64,000 nt of DNA, taken from assembly GCF_036321535.1 (NCBI RefSeq), contig NC_087437.1, positions 24,058,001-24,122,000 on the forward strand, given 5' to 3'. Below, piece by piece: positions 1 through 13,548 of the stretch (its first letter is position 1; each line of letters begins with the position of its first letter). The DNA comes from Camelus dromedarius (taxonomy: Eukaryota). The notes beneath the pieces were generated by a model. The model saw only the letters and a list, made by a program, of their open reading frames with translations. It did not search any database and was not told where the DNA came from. The position numbers and the translations under genes are program-made.

Positions 1-2572
1 TTGTGCCTACCTAGAGATTCAGTTTTCTTTGAAGGGAAAACAACAAGAACAACCTAACTAGTTATATACTAGTTGTATACTGTATGTAACAGGCTCAGGG
101 GGTACATTGGAAAGTCTGCTGACTTAAATCTGACTTAAGTAAGATTGTCAGTTTGCAGTGGTTTATATGGAATGGTTGCTCCTATTACAGGCAAATAAAA
201 GCTGTGGGGTTACATCTAAATTTTTTTTTTAATGGGACCACTATATAACCCAGAGCATGGCATTGACTTATTTATAGCAAATATTTCTGATTCTAGATTC
301 AAAGGGCCAGTATATTCTAATGTACTCAAGAACTGAAGTGCCAGTCATTGATATGCAAGTCGGTGATATTCATGTTTATATATTTTAATGTCTTCCAAGA
401 ATGATATTGAAACAAAACAAAAAAAGTCAAAATTATCAGATAACAAGGTGAATGAATTAATGTTATCTACATATTCTATGACTTGTTTATTATAATGCTA
501 TTATTTAAGCCCCGTCTATTAAAGACAGACCACCATTTAGCATTACCATGGTTAAGATTAAATCTTGCTTAGATGATGGGTTTTGCCTTCCTAGCATATA
601 AGCCATTTATTTCTAAAATGAAGCTACTTTATCCCTTGTCATCATAAAAATTGCAGACAGTCAGAAGTTAGCAATGGCTGCTTCACAGACCCACAGCAAT
701 ACTTAGTAACAGATTTTCAAAGCAGTTCAAAGAGTCCAGTTTCCATCTGTGTTTGGTGAAGGGTGCACAAACCTTGAGGCCATCTGAAAACTCAGCTTCA
801 TCTCTAACACTTGGAATAACAAAGGTGTTATTTTTCAAAGCCGCATTCTCCCCTCCTGGGGTGGCTGTGCAGATTCAGTTCAGGGAAGGTGGGAAACTTC
901 AGAGCAGGTATTCTCCTTCTAGACTTTGCCTCCTTCAGGGAGTTCCTTTGAGGGTGTCACAATGGTGGCCTCCTGAATATGGGTTATTGCCAATGGAGGC
1001 CAAGAGGTAATGAACCTTATAGACAAATCCCTTCTGATTTTCGGAGCAAAATATCTGCAGAGAACCAGTGTCTCCTTTCTTCCTGACTAGGGGTGCTATT
1101 TAATCAGGAGAAAGTAGAGGGTGCTCTCTGCCCACGTTACACTGAGGAATGCAGCCTGAATATCAAACTCCATTTCATTCCACTGCGTTTCTAAAACTAA
1201 GACAGCACATTGTTGGGAAAGAGCTGACTGTCCTCGTCTTTGGTTGCTACAAATGAGCGTAAGCTTTCAATGGGATACGTATTTGTTCCTGCTGATATTG
1301 TTTAATACTTCCTGTGTTAATTTTTGGCAAACTTTTTGATCTAGTGTCTTTATAAAGACTACCTAACGCAAACTACATAAATACACAATGAATGGGATAA
1401 TTATAGAAATACAGACATTTGCTATCTCTTTGTGATACATTTCTATCTAACGTGGAAAAGTCAAGACCAGTGTGAGCAGTTCACTCAGACAGATTCTTCT
1501 TTTGATTTTCTGAGTAATTCTGATGACTCAGAACTTATCCAGAACTATATTCTAAATTCCTTTTGGATAATTCAAAGCAATATTACATTATTCTTCCATG
1601 GACTCCAAATTCCAATAACTATATGGGTAATTTCATTTGAGAATAAGCTATCTGAAAAATATGTATCTTTCATAAAAATCACTGATTGATACAGCATAAA
1701 ATGTTTATAAGAACAAAAATCTTTGTGATAAAATTTGGGTCTGATTAAAAACCACACTTTAATGTGCAAATAGTGAGATTTTGTGATTGAGATAATAGAA
1801 CTTACATACAAAGATTATGTCCTTATTACATCAAGATTTTCTTATTTTTAAAAATCCCTCATAAATAAAAACCCTTAGTAAATAAAAATGTACTCATCTA
1901 ATAATTAAAATTTTTTTACTTAGGAAAGTAAAATAACAAAAATCCTTAGTAAGTAAAAAGAAAAATAAAAGTTCTTCTGACTACAGATGATGAAAAAAAT
2001 TTATTTTGATAAGTCAAAGCATTCTGTCTGAAGTTTAAAAAGAGGTCGTGGTAACGTTTTAAGTATAATTAAGATAGATAAAAACAAATGTATTAGCATC
2101 AGGCAGTGAGCTGCTTTTTTGCAGAGGGTGGGGTAGAGAGGGACTCAGCAAGACTATACTGCTCTCAAGTGTCCAGCCACATCCCCCTCGCCCTGAAGGC
2201 GGTGGGGAAGGAGCAGTAGTCCTCAGTGTGGGATGGCACAGCACAGGACTGCCTACATAGAGAACCAACGTGGAAGAGGGGATAATGGCCAGCACGTTGC
2301 TGCTGGTTTTACACGTGAGATTTGCTTCCCTGTCTTAGTGGGTCTTCACTATCAGTGCCTGTACAAAGCATCCTAAAATAAAGTGGAAAGCAAAGGCATC
2401 AGAGGAGGTCATGAACAGATTATATGTGAAAAGTGGGCCACGATAAAATAATCAAGACTGTTGGCAAGACAAGGTACCTAAGGGCTGTTGGGATAAGGAG
2501 TATATAATCATCTTTGATATGGATCCAAGCTTCCCTTTCAGAACTTTAGTGAGGAAGGAAACCATTTAAAAA

Positions 2573-2574
<2 letters not shown>

Positions 2575-2643
<69 letters not shown>
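2575..2643. repeat. (AAT)23 perfect trinucleotide microsatellite
   Basis: Uninterrupted AAT run read directly; it produces the spurious poly-Leu ORF 2538..2825. Confidence 0.98.
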
Positions 2644-2644
<1 letters not shown>

Positions 2645-2707
2645 TTGGGTATAGTAATAGTATCAATAAGGGTACATACAGCAAGGACACTAATCTAAAG
2701 ACATCTG

Positions 2708-4313
2708 CTGCCTGGGTAGATTGTCCTAGGAGAACATTGCTAAGATTTATGTCAGGGAAGTTTTGCCTATGTTTTCTTCTAGGAGTTTTATTGTGACTTT
2801 TCTTACATTTAAGTCTTGAGGCCATTTTGAGTTTGTTTTTGTGTATATGTGAAGGAGTGTTTTAACTCTGCTGATTTCCATGCTGCTATCCAGTTTCCCA
2901 GCACCACTTACTGAAGAGGCTGTCTTTGCTCCATTGTATATTCTTGCCTCTTTTGTTGAAGATTAATTGACTGTAGGTCTGTGGGTTAATTTCTGGGCTC
3001 TCTATTCTGTTCCATTGCTCCATATGTCTGTTTTTATGACAATATCATGCTGTTTTGATTACTGTAGCTCTGTAGTATTGTCTGAAGTCTAGGAAGGTTA
3101 TTTCTCCAGCTTCATTCTTTTTCTTCTCTATTGCTTTGTGTTTTGTGATTCCATATAAATTTTAGGATTATTTGTTCTAGTTCTCCTAGATTAGTCTACC
3201 TAGGCAATAGAAATAAAAGCAAAAATAAACAAATGGGACTCAAACTTAATAAGCTTTTATACAGCAAAGGAAACCATAAATAAAACAAAATGACAACCTA
3301 CAGAATGGGAGAAAATATTTGCAAATTATGCAACTGACAAAGGTTTAATTTCCAGCATATATAAACAGATCATACAACTTAATAACAACAACAGCAACAA
3401 AAACCCAGTCCAAAAATGGGCAGAAGACCTAAACAAGCAGTTCTCCAATGAAGACATACAAGTGGCCAGTAGCACATGAAAAAATGCTCAATATCACGAC
3501 TTACCAGAGCAATGCAAATCACCTCACACCAGTCAGAATGGCCATCATTCAAAAGTCCATGAACAATAAATGCTGGAGAGAGTGTGGAGAAAAGGGAGCC
3601 CTCCTACACTGCTGGTGGGAATGTAGTTTGGTGCAGCCATTATGGGAAACAATATGGAAATTCCTCAAAAAACTAAAAATAGACTTACTATATGATCCAG
3701 CAATCTCACTCTTGGACATTTATCCAGAGAGAACACTAATTTAAAAAGATACATGCACTCCAATGTTCATAGCAGCACTATATACAGTAGCCAAGACGTG
3801 ACAGCAACCTAAATGTCCATGGACAGATGACTGGATAAAGAAGTTGTGGTATATTTATTCAATGGACTACTACTCAGCGATTAAAAAAAAGAATAAAATG
3901 ATGCCATTTGCAGCAACATGGATGGACCTGGAGATCATCATTCTAGTGAAGTAAGCCAGAAAAAGAAATAAAAGGAAAGAAAAAAGAGGATACTAATGAC
4001 CTCATCTGCAAAATAGAAACAGACTTGCAGACATAGTAAACAATTTTATGGTTACGAGGGGAAAGGGGATGGGAAGGGATAAATTTGGGAGTTTGAGTTT
4101 TGCAAAGTTTAACCACTATATATAAAATAATAGATAAAAAAACAAATTTCTTCTATATAGCACAGGGAATGATATTCAATATCTTGTAGTAACCTTTAAT
4201 GAAAAAGAATATGAAAACAAATATATGTATATAAATTCATGACTGGGACATTACACTGTACATTGGAAATTGACACATTGTAACTGACTATACTCCAACA
4301 AAAAGCAAACAAA
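2708..4313 (+). mobile_element. 5'-inverted (twin-primed) L1: inverted ORF2 segment 2708-3180 (-) joined to ORF2 C-terminus/3'UTR/A-tail 3181-4313 (+)
   Basis: ORF 3448..3744 gives the L1 ORF2 C-terminal motif [10 protein letters not shown]...[17 protein letters not shown]...QPLW. 2708-3180 is antisense L1 ORF2. Candidate TSD TAAAGACATCTG (2696-2707) / TAAAGACACCTG (4314-4325). Confidence 0.92.
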
Positions 4314-4589
4314 TAAAGACACCTGGGTCAGTGTAGTTATAGAAAATGGATTATCATTTGAGACTCTGGTATTTGGAAGTTCAATTCTTGCTAAACCAGT
4401 TGATTTGAATGTATCATGATTTTTGTACCTCCTGTATCTTTTTTTCTCCCACATCTCTGAGTCCTATTTTCTTAAAATTATGCTCGCTGCTCAAAAGCCA
4501 CTCTTTATGTAATCATTCTAATACTAAAGGCATAAAGCCAGTTAAGAACTCACTTTATTAACCCTCTTAGATAAGCTAAATTTGTAACC

Positions 4590-4700
4590 TTTTACTGGAT
4601 TGTGACCTTGATGAGAGTACAAGTTGTTGCTTATTTTGCCTCTGTATGTGTAGCTCCTAGTAAAAATTATGAATATATTCATGAATGAGTCTGTAAATCA
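4590..4700 (+). mobile_element. L2 3'-end fragment
   Basis: Resembles the L2 terminus (actggattgtgacctt...tgcctctgtatgtgtagctcctagt...atgaatgag); highly diverged. Confidence 0.45.
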
Positions 4701-4704
4701 ATTA

Positions 4705-4860
4705 ACATTGGAATTTTAGAGCTGGAATTTTCATTAGCCTAATTTTGAAAAGATTCAGAAAAGTAAAGTGATGTCAGGAGAGTGAAGCAAAGTGACATCC
4801 AAGGTTACAGAGAGAGTTTGAGGAAGTGATATAATTAAAACCTAAGGCCTGGAACTAACA
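4705..4860 (-). mobile_element. MIR-family SINE fragment
   Basis: ggaattttagagctggaa...aagtgacatccaaggttacagagag resembles the antisense MIR/MIR3 core. Confidence 0.45.
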
Positions 4861-5041
4861 GACATGTATACATTTCCTTGGAATGGTGCTTTAACCCAAG
4901 GACACTTGATATAAGAAAGATCAGTTGGGAGTTATTTTTGACCTTTAGAACCTACTACCATGTTATGCAGGAAGCTTACTGGCAAACCCATTCATAAATA
5001 TTGCCAGTTGGTTTTCTTTCATTCTTATGGTCATCTTCTAG

Positions 5042-5233
5042 TCATGGTTCTTAACATTTGAGCATTTAGAAATAGTGAGGGCATTTAATTTAGCTCAATG
5101 ATTGGAGTCTGCTACTGGCATTTGGTGACTAGGAGCCAGGAAGGCTACATGTCCTACAATTCCTGGGGTAGTTCAGCCTGTGAAAAGAATCCTACCATCC
5201 AAGGTGCCAATAGTATTTCTCTTGAGAAATCTT
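5042..5233 (+). mobile_element. MER20-like hAT-Charlie MITE
   Basis: tggttcttaac...tgctactggcatttggtga...gccaggaaggcta catgtcctacaat...aagaat...gccaatagt...ttgagaaatc follows the MER20 consensus order as I recall it. Confidence 0.7.
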
Positions 5234-5399
5234 TTAAAGAGCCTTTTTCACTTTCTAGCAGAGTTCAATAATTTTTATTTTGGTTGCTATATTTTTTACA
5301 TTATGCTTATTTTATGTCACAGGTCTATACACATCATCCCAACATTAAATCTAGAGTATATTTTTGTAAAGCTCCATTTAATGCTTATGAGTTAGTTTT

Positions 5400-5810
5400 T
5401 TTTTTTAAATTGCAGATATACTACATATTCCTAATATAAATGTACAAAGAACAAAATTAAAAGCAAGTGTAATCTCTCACCCAGAAATTCACACTATTAA
5501 AGTTTTGATGTTTCTCTTTTTAGGCATATATGTCTATATCTCTATTTTTATAGTGTTATCAAATTGCATATATTACTTATAATATTAATATGTTTTTATT
5601 AACAATAAAACAGTGTTTCTGAGCCATAAAATAGTTTTAATGAAATAATTTTAGTTGGCTGCGTAGCATTCCATCATTTAAATATTTGGTGTTTTTTTCA
5701 TGTTATGAATGATGTTAAAAGGTATATCATTGTATATAAGTCACTGAACCTGCCCCATGTTATAGCCTCAGAGTAAATTTTAGAAGTAAAATTTTCTATG
5801 TGAAGTGATA
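5400..5810 (-). mobile_element. Ancient L1M(E)-type 3' fragment
   Basis: Degenerate antisense L1 3' motifs (tggctgcgtagcattccatc, tgttatgaatgatgtt, agagtaaattttagaagtaaaatt). Confidence 0.5.
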
Positions 5811-5949
5811 TTTCACAGTGATTCAATGGCAATCCTAAATTATTTTGCTTTCTCATGGACTGTCATAAAATTAAATTCCAGATATTTTCAAGAGCACACT
5901 TGATGTCAGTAATGGACTATGGTCAAAACAAGATGGTGAACAAATGATA

Positions 5950-6083
5950 GAGAGGGAGAGGGACAAGGAGAGAGGGGAAGGAGAAGATGACAGAAAGAGA
6001 GGGAAAGGAGAAGATGACAGAAAGAGAGGGAAGGAGAGGGAGAGAAAGAATGAAGGAGTGAGGGAGGGAAGGCGGGAGGGAAA
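5950..6083. repeat. GA-rich purine tract with a 26-27 bp tandem unit
   Basis: GGGA(A)AGGAGAAGATGACAGAAAGAGA occurs twice plus a partial copy at ~5975-6036 within a polypurine run. Confidence 0.85.
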
Positions 6084-6487
6084 GTGAACTTTCATGATAG
6101 TCTGCTATCTATTTTTTCTTTTTTTTTTTTGTGTGTGTAGGAGACCATTAGAATCAAAAACAATTTGTTTTATTTCTATTTGTCTCAAAAATCTCTGATT
6201 GGTAAGGTATGAACATTTCTTTGAGTTCACTCAAGTGAAAAGTGAGTGGTGCTTAAACGATGTGGCCGAATATCAGGGGTAAGAGTTGACAATGGGAGCT
6301 GGTGCATAGGATGCTGAGGCCATGGGTCTCTGGGTCCACTCATCTTTGCTTCTGCAGAGGAATCCAGCTCAAGGCAGATTGTGGAATTTGTTAAAAGGTC
6401 AGTGACAGAAGCAGAGTTAGAATGAGAGTCCCCTGTTTTCATGATTCAGGTTCCTTACTCTCAGCGTATTATTGGCTCTGACTCATC

Positions 6488-6612
6488 ATTATAATGTGAA
6501 ATTCTTGGGGAGGAACCACTGTCTGTCTCATTTATTCTTAATTCTCAGGGACCAAGACATTGAAGACACACCCCCCTCACATACAAATGATTGCTGTATG
6601 AATCATTAAATG
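6488..6612 (+). mobile_element. L2 3'-end fragment
   Basis: ataatgtgaaattcttggggagg...actgtctgtctcatttattc...caaatgattgctgtatgaat resembles the L2 terminus. Confidence 0.45.
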
Positions 6613-6919
6613 TATAAATAAATAGGTGAATTGATAATGTAAGTGTAAGAGGAGGCATTTAGGGACCAAATGTTCAAGTCCAATCTATGAATAACACTTA
6701 TTGGGCTGTCAAGTTTGGTCACCTGCCTGTAAGAGTAGTTGGGTTATTTAAATCTGTGATTCTTCTTCCTATGTAGCTATTTTAGAAAATGACCATGAAT
6801 GTCATCTCTAACAATAATGATAGAAAAAGGCAAATCTGTATGCATTATGATTCCAGACTGGTTTCTACTCATTCTAGAATCTTGTATATTTCCAAATGGA
6901 CAATGAGTGACTTTTCTAA

Positions 6920-7088
6920 GGGGATACAGTGTGGTGAAAAAGATCCCTGGATTGGAAACCAAGAGTTGGGTGCCAGTTCTTTGTGACACAGGGTAAGTTC
7001 TTTATTTTTTCCTGTGTGAATTAAAGTTTCCTCAGTACTTAAATAAGCAGATTAAATATGATCCTTCTAATTCTAAAAATCCCATGAA
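6920..7088 (+). mobile_element. MIR3-like SINE
   Basis: cagtgtggtgaaaaaga...ggattggaaaccaagagttggg...tgtgacacagggtaagt...gatccttctaattctaaaaatcccatga. Confidence 0.6.
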
Positions 7089-7329
7089 TATAATAATTGG
7101 AATGTAAATTGAAATGATAAAACTTGTTGGATTCGCTATTCTTTCTCCTTGGAAATCTCATAATGATGCTCTTCAAAAAGTGTCTCTAAAAGGAGAGATG
7201 GAATCTCTGATAACTAAAGAGTTCAGATTTTATCTACCTTCCATAAGAGGCGATTAAGGGATTACTGAAACACCCAATACCATGTTCACCTATCTCTGAT
7301 GGTCTCTATGACAGAGACAGATAATGCTC

Positions 7330-7706
7330 ATTAAATACCCATGTGCTGTTCTATATTTTCCGCCGTCTGTTGCATTTGGGTTATGACCATGTGATCTTGT
7401 TCTGCAAACAGGAAGTTAACTGAAAGTGATGAGTTACTTCTATTCTGTACCCGTTACAGACAGTGTTTCTCTTTGATCTTTCTTTTTCCTGCCAAAGAAA
7501 CACTGAAGGCTACGTATTGAGATGGCAAATTTCAGTTTTCCATGGGAGTTGGCCTGGATTTTTATGTCCTTAAACAGAGGACAATCCCTGTGTACCCAAA
7601 ATGGACTTTGTATGAGTGAGAACATCATTTTCACTGTGCGAAACAACTAAGATTTAAGAATACTCTATTTTACCACTATGTGACTTAGCTCATCTTGACT
7701 CATATA
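7330..7706 (+). mobile_element. MLT1-type (MaLR) solo LTR, old
   Basis: ccatgtgatcttgttctg...gaagt...aatggactttgtatgagtgagaa...actaagattta...ttagctcatcttgactcatata matches MLT1 internal and 3'-terminal motifs. Confidence 0.65.
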
Positions 7707-8399
7707 ACCTCTGTATTATGGCTTGCTGTCATATCACCTTTAGAAAGTTGACATCAATTTTAGCAAGGACATAAAATGAAGACAGTGCAACCAGCATTGA
7801 AAATGTTAGTGATTTTCTTCTTTTGCTTAAGGTTATCCTATTAATCTTACATTTGGGGTAAACTGATCAAAGTTTCTGAGACTTTTACTTGATTCAAGAC
7901 AGTTGGTTACTAATTGCCCTGACACTCATAAAGTTACTGTTGATCTTTGGAACATGACTTTAGAAAACACAATGTCATTTTGAAGGACAGAACTCGAGTT
8001 AAATATAAATGTTTCAGATGTGTTTCTGTTTGAAATGATAAAGCAGCAGTTCGTCTTGAATAATTTACATGCGTTGACTGATGGAGAGTATTTTACGTGG
8101 AAAACATAAGTGAGCATTTATATTCCAACTCAGTATTTTTCTAGTATCTGTATTGTATACTGTTGAAAATAGCCCTATGAGATCATTCCAACTATGTACT
8201 GATATTTATATATACATCCATTTACCTGGATGACCTGAAAGTCGAAGCTTCCTGGAAACCATCTCTTTGTCTTAACTCTTTCATCTCCTCTCTGCCCAGC
8301 CTTGTTCTGCCCCTTTTTCCGGGAGCAGGAGTATTGTTTACGGGGTCTAGCTCACTAGAAACCTTTGAGTCACCCTAACTTGATTTATTTCCCTCACTC

Positions 8400-9030
8400 C
8401 CTAAATAAAATTGGTTCCAAAGCTCTGTTGATCCTGCTCCATAACCCCTCTGCTAGTCACTTTAGTTAAAGCTGTTAGTATCTCTTACTTGGATTGGAGA
8501 AACAGATCACTTTGTTTCTCCCTCTGGATCCATCCTGCTCATTTCTGCCAGAATACTCACATCATTACCCCGCAGATATCATGGCCTTAAGGATAAGGAC
8601 TCTGGGGTCTTCAGTGATCTGTATCTTGCCGTCTATGTAGTCAGCATCGATTCTTGCCACTTTTCTGTCTCATACCCAGGTTTCAGTCTTAGCCTACTTT
8701 GTGCTCATCTCCTGCTGCATGTTTGTTCATGTCTCCACACTTTGCCTCTGCCCTCTGCATAGACGCTCTTCACTCCTTGTGTGGCAGAAGTCATCCTCCT
8801 CTTTCAAAATCCTGCTCACTGTATCTTTGTTACGTTTCTGTAAATTCCTTTAGAAACTATAGGTTCCTTTCTTGTCCAGACTCCCAGGATACATTTCCCA
8901 CACCTCCATTATTTCACTTAAATTTAAAACATTAACTCTTACAATCTACTTTACTCTTTTCTTTTATGACTTCTGGAGAGCAGAGTACACATATCATTCA
9001 TCCTTGTACTCTCAGGACTAATCAATAAGA
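8400..9030 (+). mobile_element. L2 LINE 3' region
   Basis: Pyrimidine-rich degenerate L2 motifs in order: atctcttacttggatt, tctgccagaat, ggccttaaggataa, catcctcctctttcaaaatcctgctca, ctggagagcagag. Confidence 0.6.
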
Positions 9031-12000
9031 TGCCTTCAAAAAAGAAAGAAGATATAATATTGTATTCTCTTACACATATTTTCATAAGTAGTTATTACTG
9101 GTTGGTATAATAGAAGACTGACAACTGGAAATCTCAGTTGAAGGAGGAGAGATTTACTTTGGGAGATAGATACTTTTATGTATTTTGACCGAAAATTATT
9201 GTAAAAGGGATTCTGAAAAAACTGCTGGAATTTAAGGGTGGATGCTTACTGGTTGGATATCATTCAGATAATTTTCAGTGATGCAGAAGCCATGTGGAAT
9301 TTGGGGCTCAGCTTATATATTTTATGTAAGAATACATTGTGTATTGCAAAAATGTGTTTTGACTTTAGTGTCCTGGGCAGGTACAGGAGATTTGAAGCCA
9401 TAAAATTTCTGACCAAGGGTACAGATGGAATGGGACATTCTGACTAAGAAAATGCTAGAAGCACCAAATAGCCATGATTTCCTATGTAAACTAATCAAAA
9501 AGACATAGAATAACGAAAGCTGCATGACTATATGACAGTGAAAAGTTTGTGTGATAGGATCGACTTGGAGGGGACAATGAAATTTGTATTTCAATTGTGG
9601 CAACTCCAGTGGTAGTGCATCTCTGGAGGATTTTTGTATGAGGTCTTCACGCTAATTGAGGAGCACTATGACCAAAAATAAACTTGAAAATCCCTTGTAA
9701 AGATGCTACCTTGGGGCTCTAAGCTTTTTCAGTCAAGCAAATTATTCTCACATTAGGCTGTGTTGCTGCTGTTCCCTCACTTGAAAGCTGGATAAAGAAT
9801 TTGATCTTCCTTAGGGGTCATTGTGCATGAAGAAAAAATGTATACAAACACCCTGAGAAAAATACTCAAATTAATATGGAACAAGAGAAGAGCTGAGTTA
9901 TGTCTTCAGTTTACACTCATTACACTCATAATGGCCCAAATAATCATTGGGTAGAATGGTGGGCTGAATTTTCTTTACCATTTAAATTGCTTTTCTTTCC
10001 CTCTTTAAGTAAAATATGCATTTTATGACATTCATCATATATAAAATTTAATGACTTAATTATTCAAGTCCATATTATAATCTCTTTGTTCATATAGCGA
10101 AGGCCACGATGCCAAACCATTGTAACAGGCGTCCTTCCCCTTAACAAGAACTTACTGATTCAGAAATTCTTGACCATGTAGGAGCAGGGCAGGAGACATG
10201 TCCTCTAATTCAAGCCAAGAGCAAGTATGAGAACACTAGTTCAATAACATCATCTTGGAATAGAAAAAGGACACTTTAATTATTTAAATATTTTTAATGA
10301 GTACTTTTTTGCTATCTGGAAATCACATAATTTTTATATCAAATTAACCAATGGCATTCAATTTTTGAAAAGAGATAAACCTGCCACTTCAAAGAAAAGC
10401 ACAGCTGGCATTTAATAATAATCTTGTGTGTAATATGATCCATGCTTGAGGCCAACTTATTACTCTCTTTTCTCCAATTTAATTTTAATTTGCATTCAGA
10501 GGATTTTTACCTAGTACCACTTCTGGTAAATTATTAAATTCTTCTTATTTCCACTAGGCAATTATTTTTGTTCTCTTAATAATACACTCAGTAGAAGAGA
10601 AGCAGATGAAAGAAAAATGGAGAATCATTATTCATTTAATACTTTATAATTTTAAAGCATGAATATATTCCTAATTTATGGAATTAAAGCAGGAACCATA
10701 TAAGGAAAGCTGAGTAATACATACATACATGTATATATATAATATGATATCATTTCTCAAACTTTTATTTAAAATATTGATTATTTGAATTCAGTGTGTT
10801 CTTTGTTGACAATATGCTAATAATATGACACATGCATTTAAAAATAACTTCATATAAACAAATAATCCTTTAGAATCGATGACATATGAAATCATTAGAA
10901 AGTGGTGATTATCAATTCTAGCTCAAACCTAAAGGTTATTTGAAAGTTTAGGTTTATTTCCCCACTAAAATATTATGAGGTCATTTAAGCCACAATGAGA
11001 CAGAAGGAAAAGACCATGATTTAGCCTGGACAGCTGTTGACAGGGATCTTCCTGAAGCAACACTATTTTTCAGAAAATTTTGGGAAAGTGATAACTTTAA
11101 GAGCTCTGTGAAATCAAAAAGCATTTTGAAAAGGTTTAGGGTAGGCACTGGAGCTTGTTTTTGATGTGTTATCTGTTGTAGATGTACAGTGATGTCTAGT
11201 GGTAGTATGAGTGTGTAATTACATATATTTGCTGCTTTATGTCATAAATCCTAAGTAGATTCTGGAGATTTTATTATGAATTCTTCTGTTTATCCTCATT
11301 ACTTATACCAGTAATCTCTGCACGATGTCAAGAAGAAGAGGACAAGGGGATGGGTGGGGAAAGATGAGAGGGAAGGAGGAGAGAGGAAGATCCATAATGC
11401 ATTTGTTTGGCTTCCCAAGGTTTCAGTGTTTTATCCTATGTGTCTAATCATATAAGGAGATTTGTTGATAATCTTACTTAGTTGGAACTAACCTAGCCCC
11501 CACAAAATTAACAAATGGATTTGAATGACTCAAATAATGAGGATAACACAAGTGACATAAACACAAGCAACCAAGGAAATGGGAGAGAAACAGTTCTCTC
11601 ACTCCCTGAACAAGTTCTTTCTGCTACACTGCATGCTGAAACAATGACAATGACAAGAAGTGAGCAAAAGCAGGTTAAAAATATAAAGGCTCTTTGAAAT
11701 ATGACTTTATATCACTATCACAAACACTGAATCTCATCTCTTGTGTGTGTTTTATATTGTGCATATTTTGTGCAATGATAGAAGCATCATTTTCATCTAT
11801 TACCATCATTACTATCAAACAGAAATAAACTAGATTTAGAACCTGACATTGAAATGAATTTACCCAAAAATATTTAAAAAAATTTTTGAAAAACATGAAA
11901 CATAATTAAAATGCTCATAATATATATATAATTAGAACTCATCCTCTTTTCATTTAAAAAAGATTTTGTGTTAATTAGCAAATAGAAGTAAAATAGTTAA

Positions 12001-12098
12001 TATATTAGTAATAAAGTAATATATTGATGTATATTAATAATATGCTACCATAATTAATAAAATATTACTACTTTATTAATTATATTTTATTATTTAGA

Positions 12099-13151
12099 TT
12101 TTTTATTGAAGTATAGTTTACCATGTTGTGTCAATATCTAGTATACAGCATAAGGTTTTCATCTTACATATACATACATATATTCATTTTCATATTATTT
12201 TCATGATAGGTTACTATAAGATACTGAATATAGATCCCTGTGCTATACAATATAAACTTGTTGTTATTTTATATATAGTAATTAGTATCTGCAAATCTTC
12301 AACTCCCAATTTGTCCCTTGCTACCACCTCCTGCCTTGGTAACCATAAGTTTGTTTTCTATGTCTGCGAGTCAGTTTCTGTTTTGTAAATAATTTCACAT
12401 AACTGATATCATATGGTAGTTTTCTTTCTCTTTCTGGCTTACTTCACTTAGAATAACAATCTCCAGGTCAATCCATGTTGCTGCAAATGGCATTATTTTA
12501 TTACTTTTTATGGCTGAGCAGTAGTCCATTGTATAAATATACCACAACTTTATCCAGTCATCGCTTGATGAACATTTAGGTTGTTTCCATGTCTTGGCTA
12601 CTGCATGTAATGCTGCTGTGAACATTGGGGTGCATGTATCTTTTTGAATTAGAGTTTCCTCCAGATATATGCCCAGGAGTGGGATTGCTGGATCGTATGG
12701 TAAGCCTATTCTTAGTTTTTTGAGGACTCTTCATACTATTTTCCATGAGGGCTGCACCAAACTACATTCCCACCGTCAGTGTAGGAGGGTTCCCTTTTCT
12801 CCACACCCTCGCCAGCATTTATTGTTTGTGGACTTTTTAATCGTGGCTATTCTGACTGGTGTAAGGTGATACCTCATTTTAGTTTTAATTTGCATTTCTG
12901 TGATAATTCGTGATATTGAGCACTTTTTCATATGCCTATTAGTCATTTGTATGTCTTCATTGGAGAATTGCTTGTTTAGGTCTTCTGCCCATTTTTGGAT
13001 TGAGTTGTTTGTTTTTTGTTATTAAGTTGTATAAACTGTTTGTATATTCTGGAAATCAAGCCTTTGTCAGTCACATCATTTTCAATTATTTTGTCTCATC
13101 CTGTAGGTTTTCTTCCTGTTTTGTTTATAGTTTCCTTTGCTGTGCAAAAGC
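12099..13151 (-). mobile_element. L1 3' end (~1.05 kb, 5'-truncated)
   Basis: T-tract then L1 3'UTR. ORF 12395..12625(-) gives MFTAAL..AKTWKQPKC...WIKLWYIYTMDY.SAIK.N.IMPFAATW.DLE.VILSEVSQ, the L1 ORF2 C-terminus. Confidence 0.95.
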
Positions 13152-13417
13152 CAGGTCTAAAGTCAGTAATTGTCTTTGCTTTCAATGGTGCATCAGTGAT
13201 AGACTGTTTCCAGAGCATTTAATATACCTCCAATTAAGCCAAGTAGTGGAGGGGTGGTAGAGGTCTGGTGGGTTTGTGGAAATCCAACAGTGCAGTCAAT
13301 ACTAATTTACTAAAGATATACTGTATATCAAGCATTGTGCTATGTCAGGAGAATGGCATAATGAAAGAAAGATATGCAATTCTAAAGCACTGGGAGTAGA
13401 GATAAAAATTGTGAACG

Positions 13418-13548
13418 AAAGACCCAGAATTGCCAAAACAATGTCAAAGAAAAAGAATGAAGCTGGAGGAATAACCCTTCCAGATTTCAAACATTACTAC
13501 AGAGCTACAATAATCAAAACAGTGTGCTATTTGCACAAAAACAGACAT
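13418..13548 (+). mobile_element. Short sense L1 ORF2 fragment
   Basis: Translates to [43 protein letters not shown], a conserved L1 ORF2 post-RT block. Confidence 0.93.

Noticed and set aside
2538..2825. 95-aa ORF with a long poly-Leu (signal or transmembrane-like)
   Set aside because: It is an artefact of antisense (AAT)n fused to an L1 fragment.
5975..6036. Direct repeats of ~27 bp (CRISPR-like length)
   Set aside because: Head-to-tail low-complexity purine duplication without spacers in mammalian DNA; no CRISPR array anywhere in the window.
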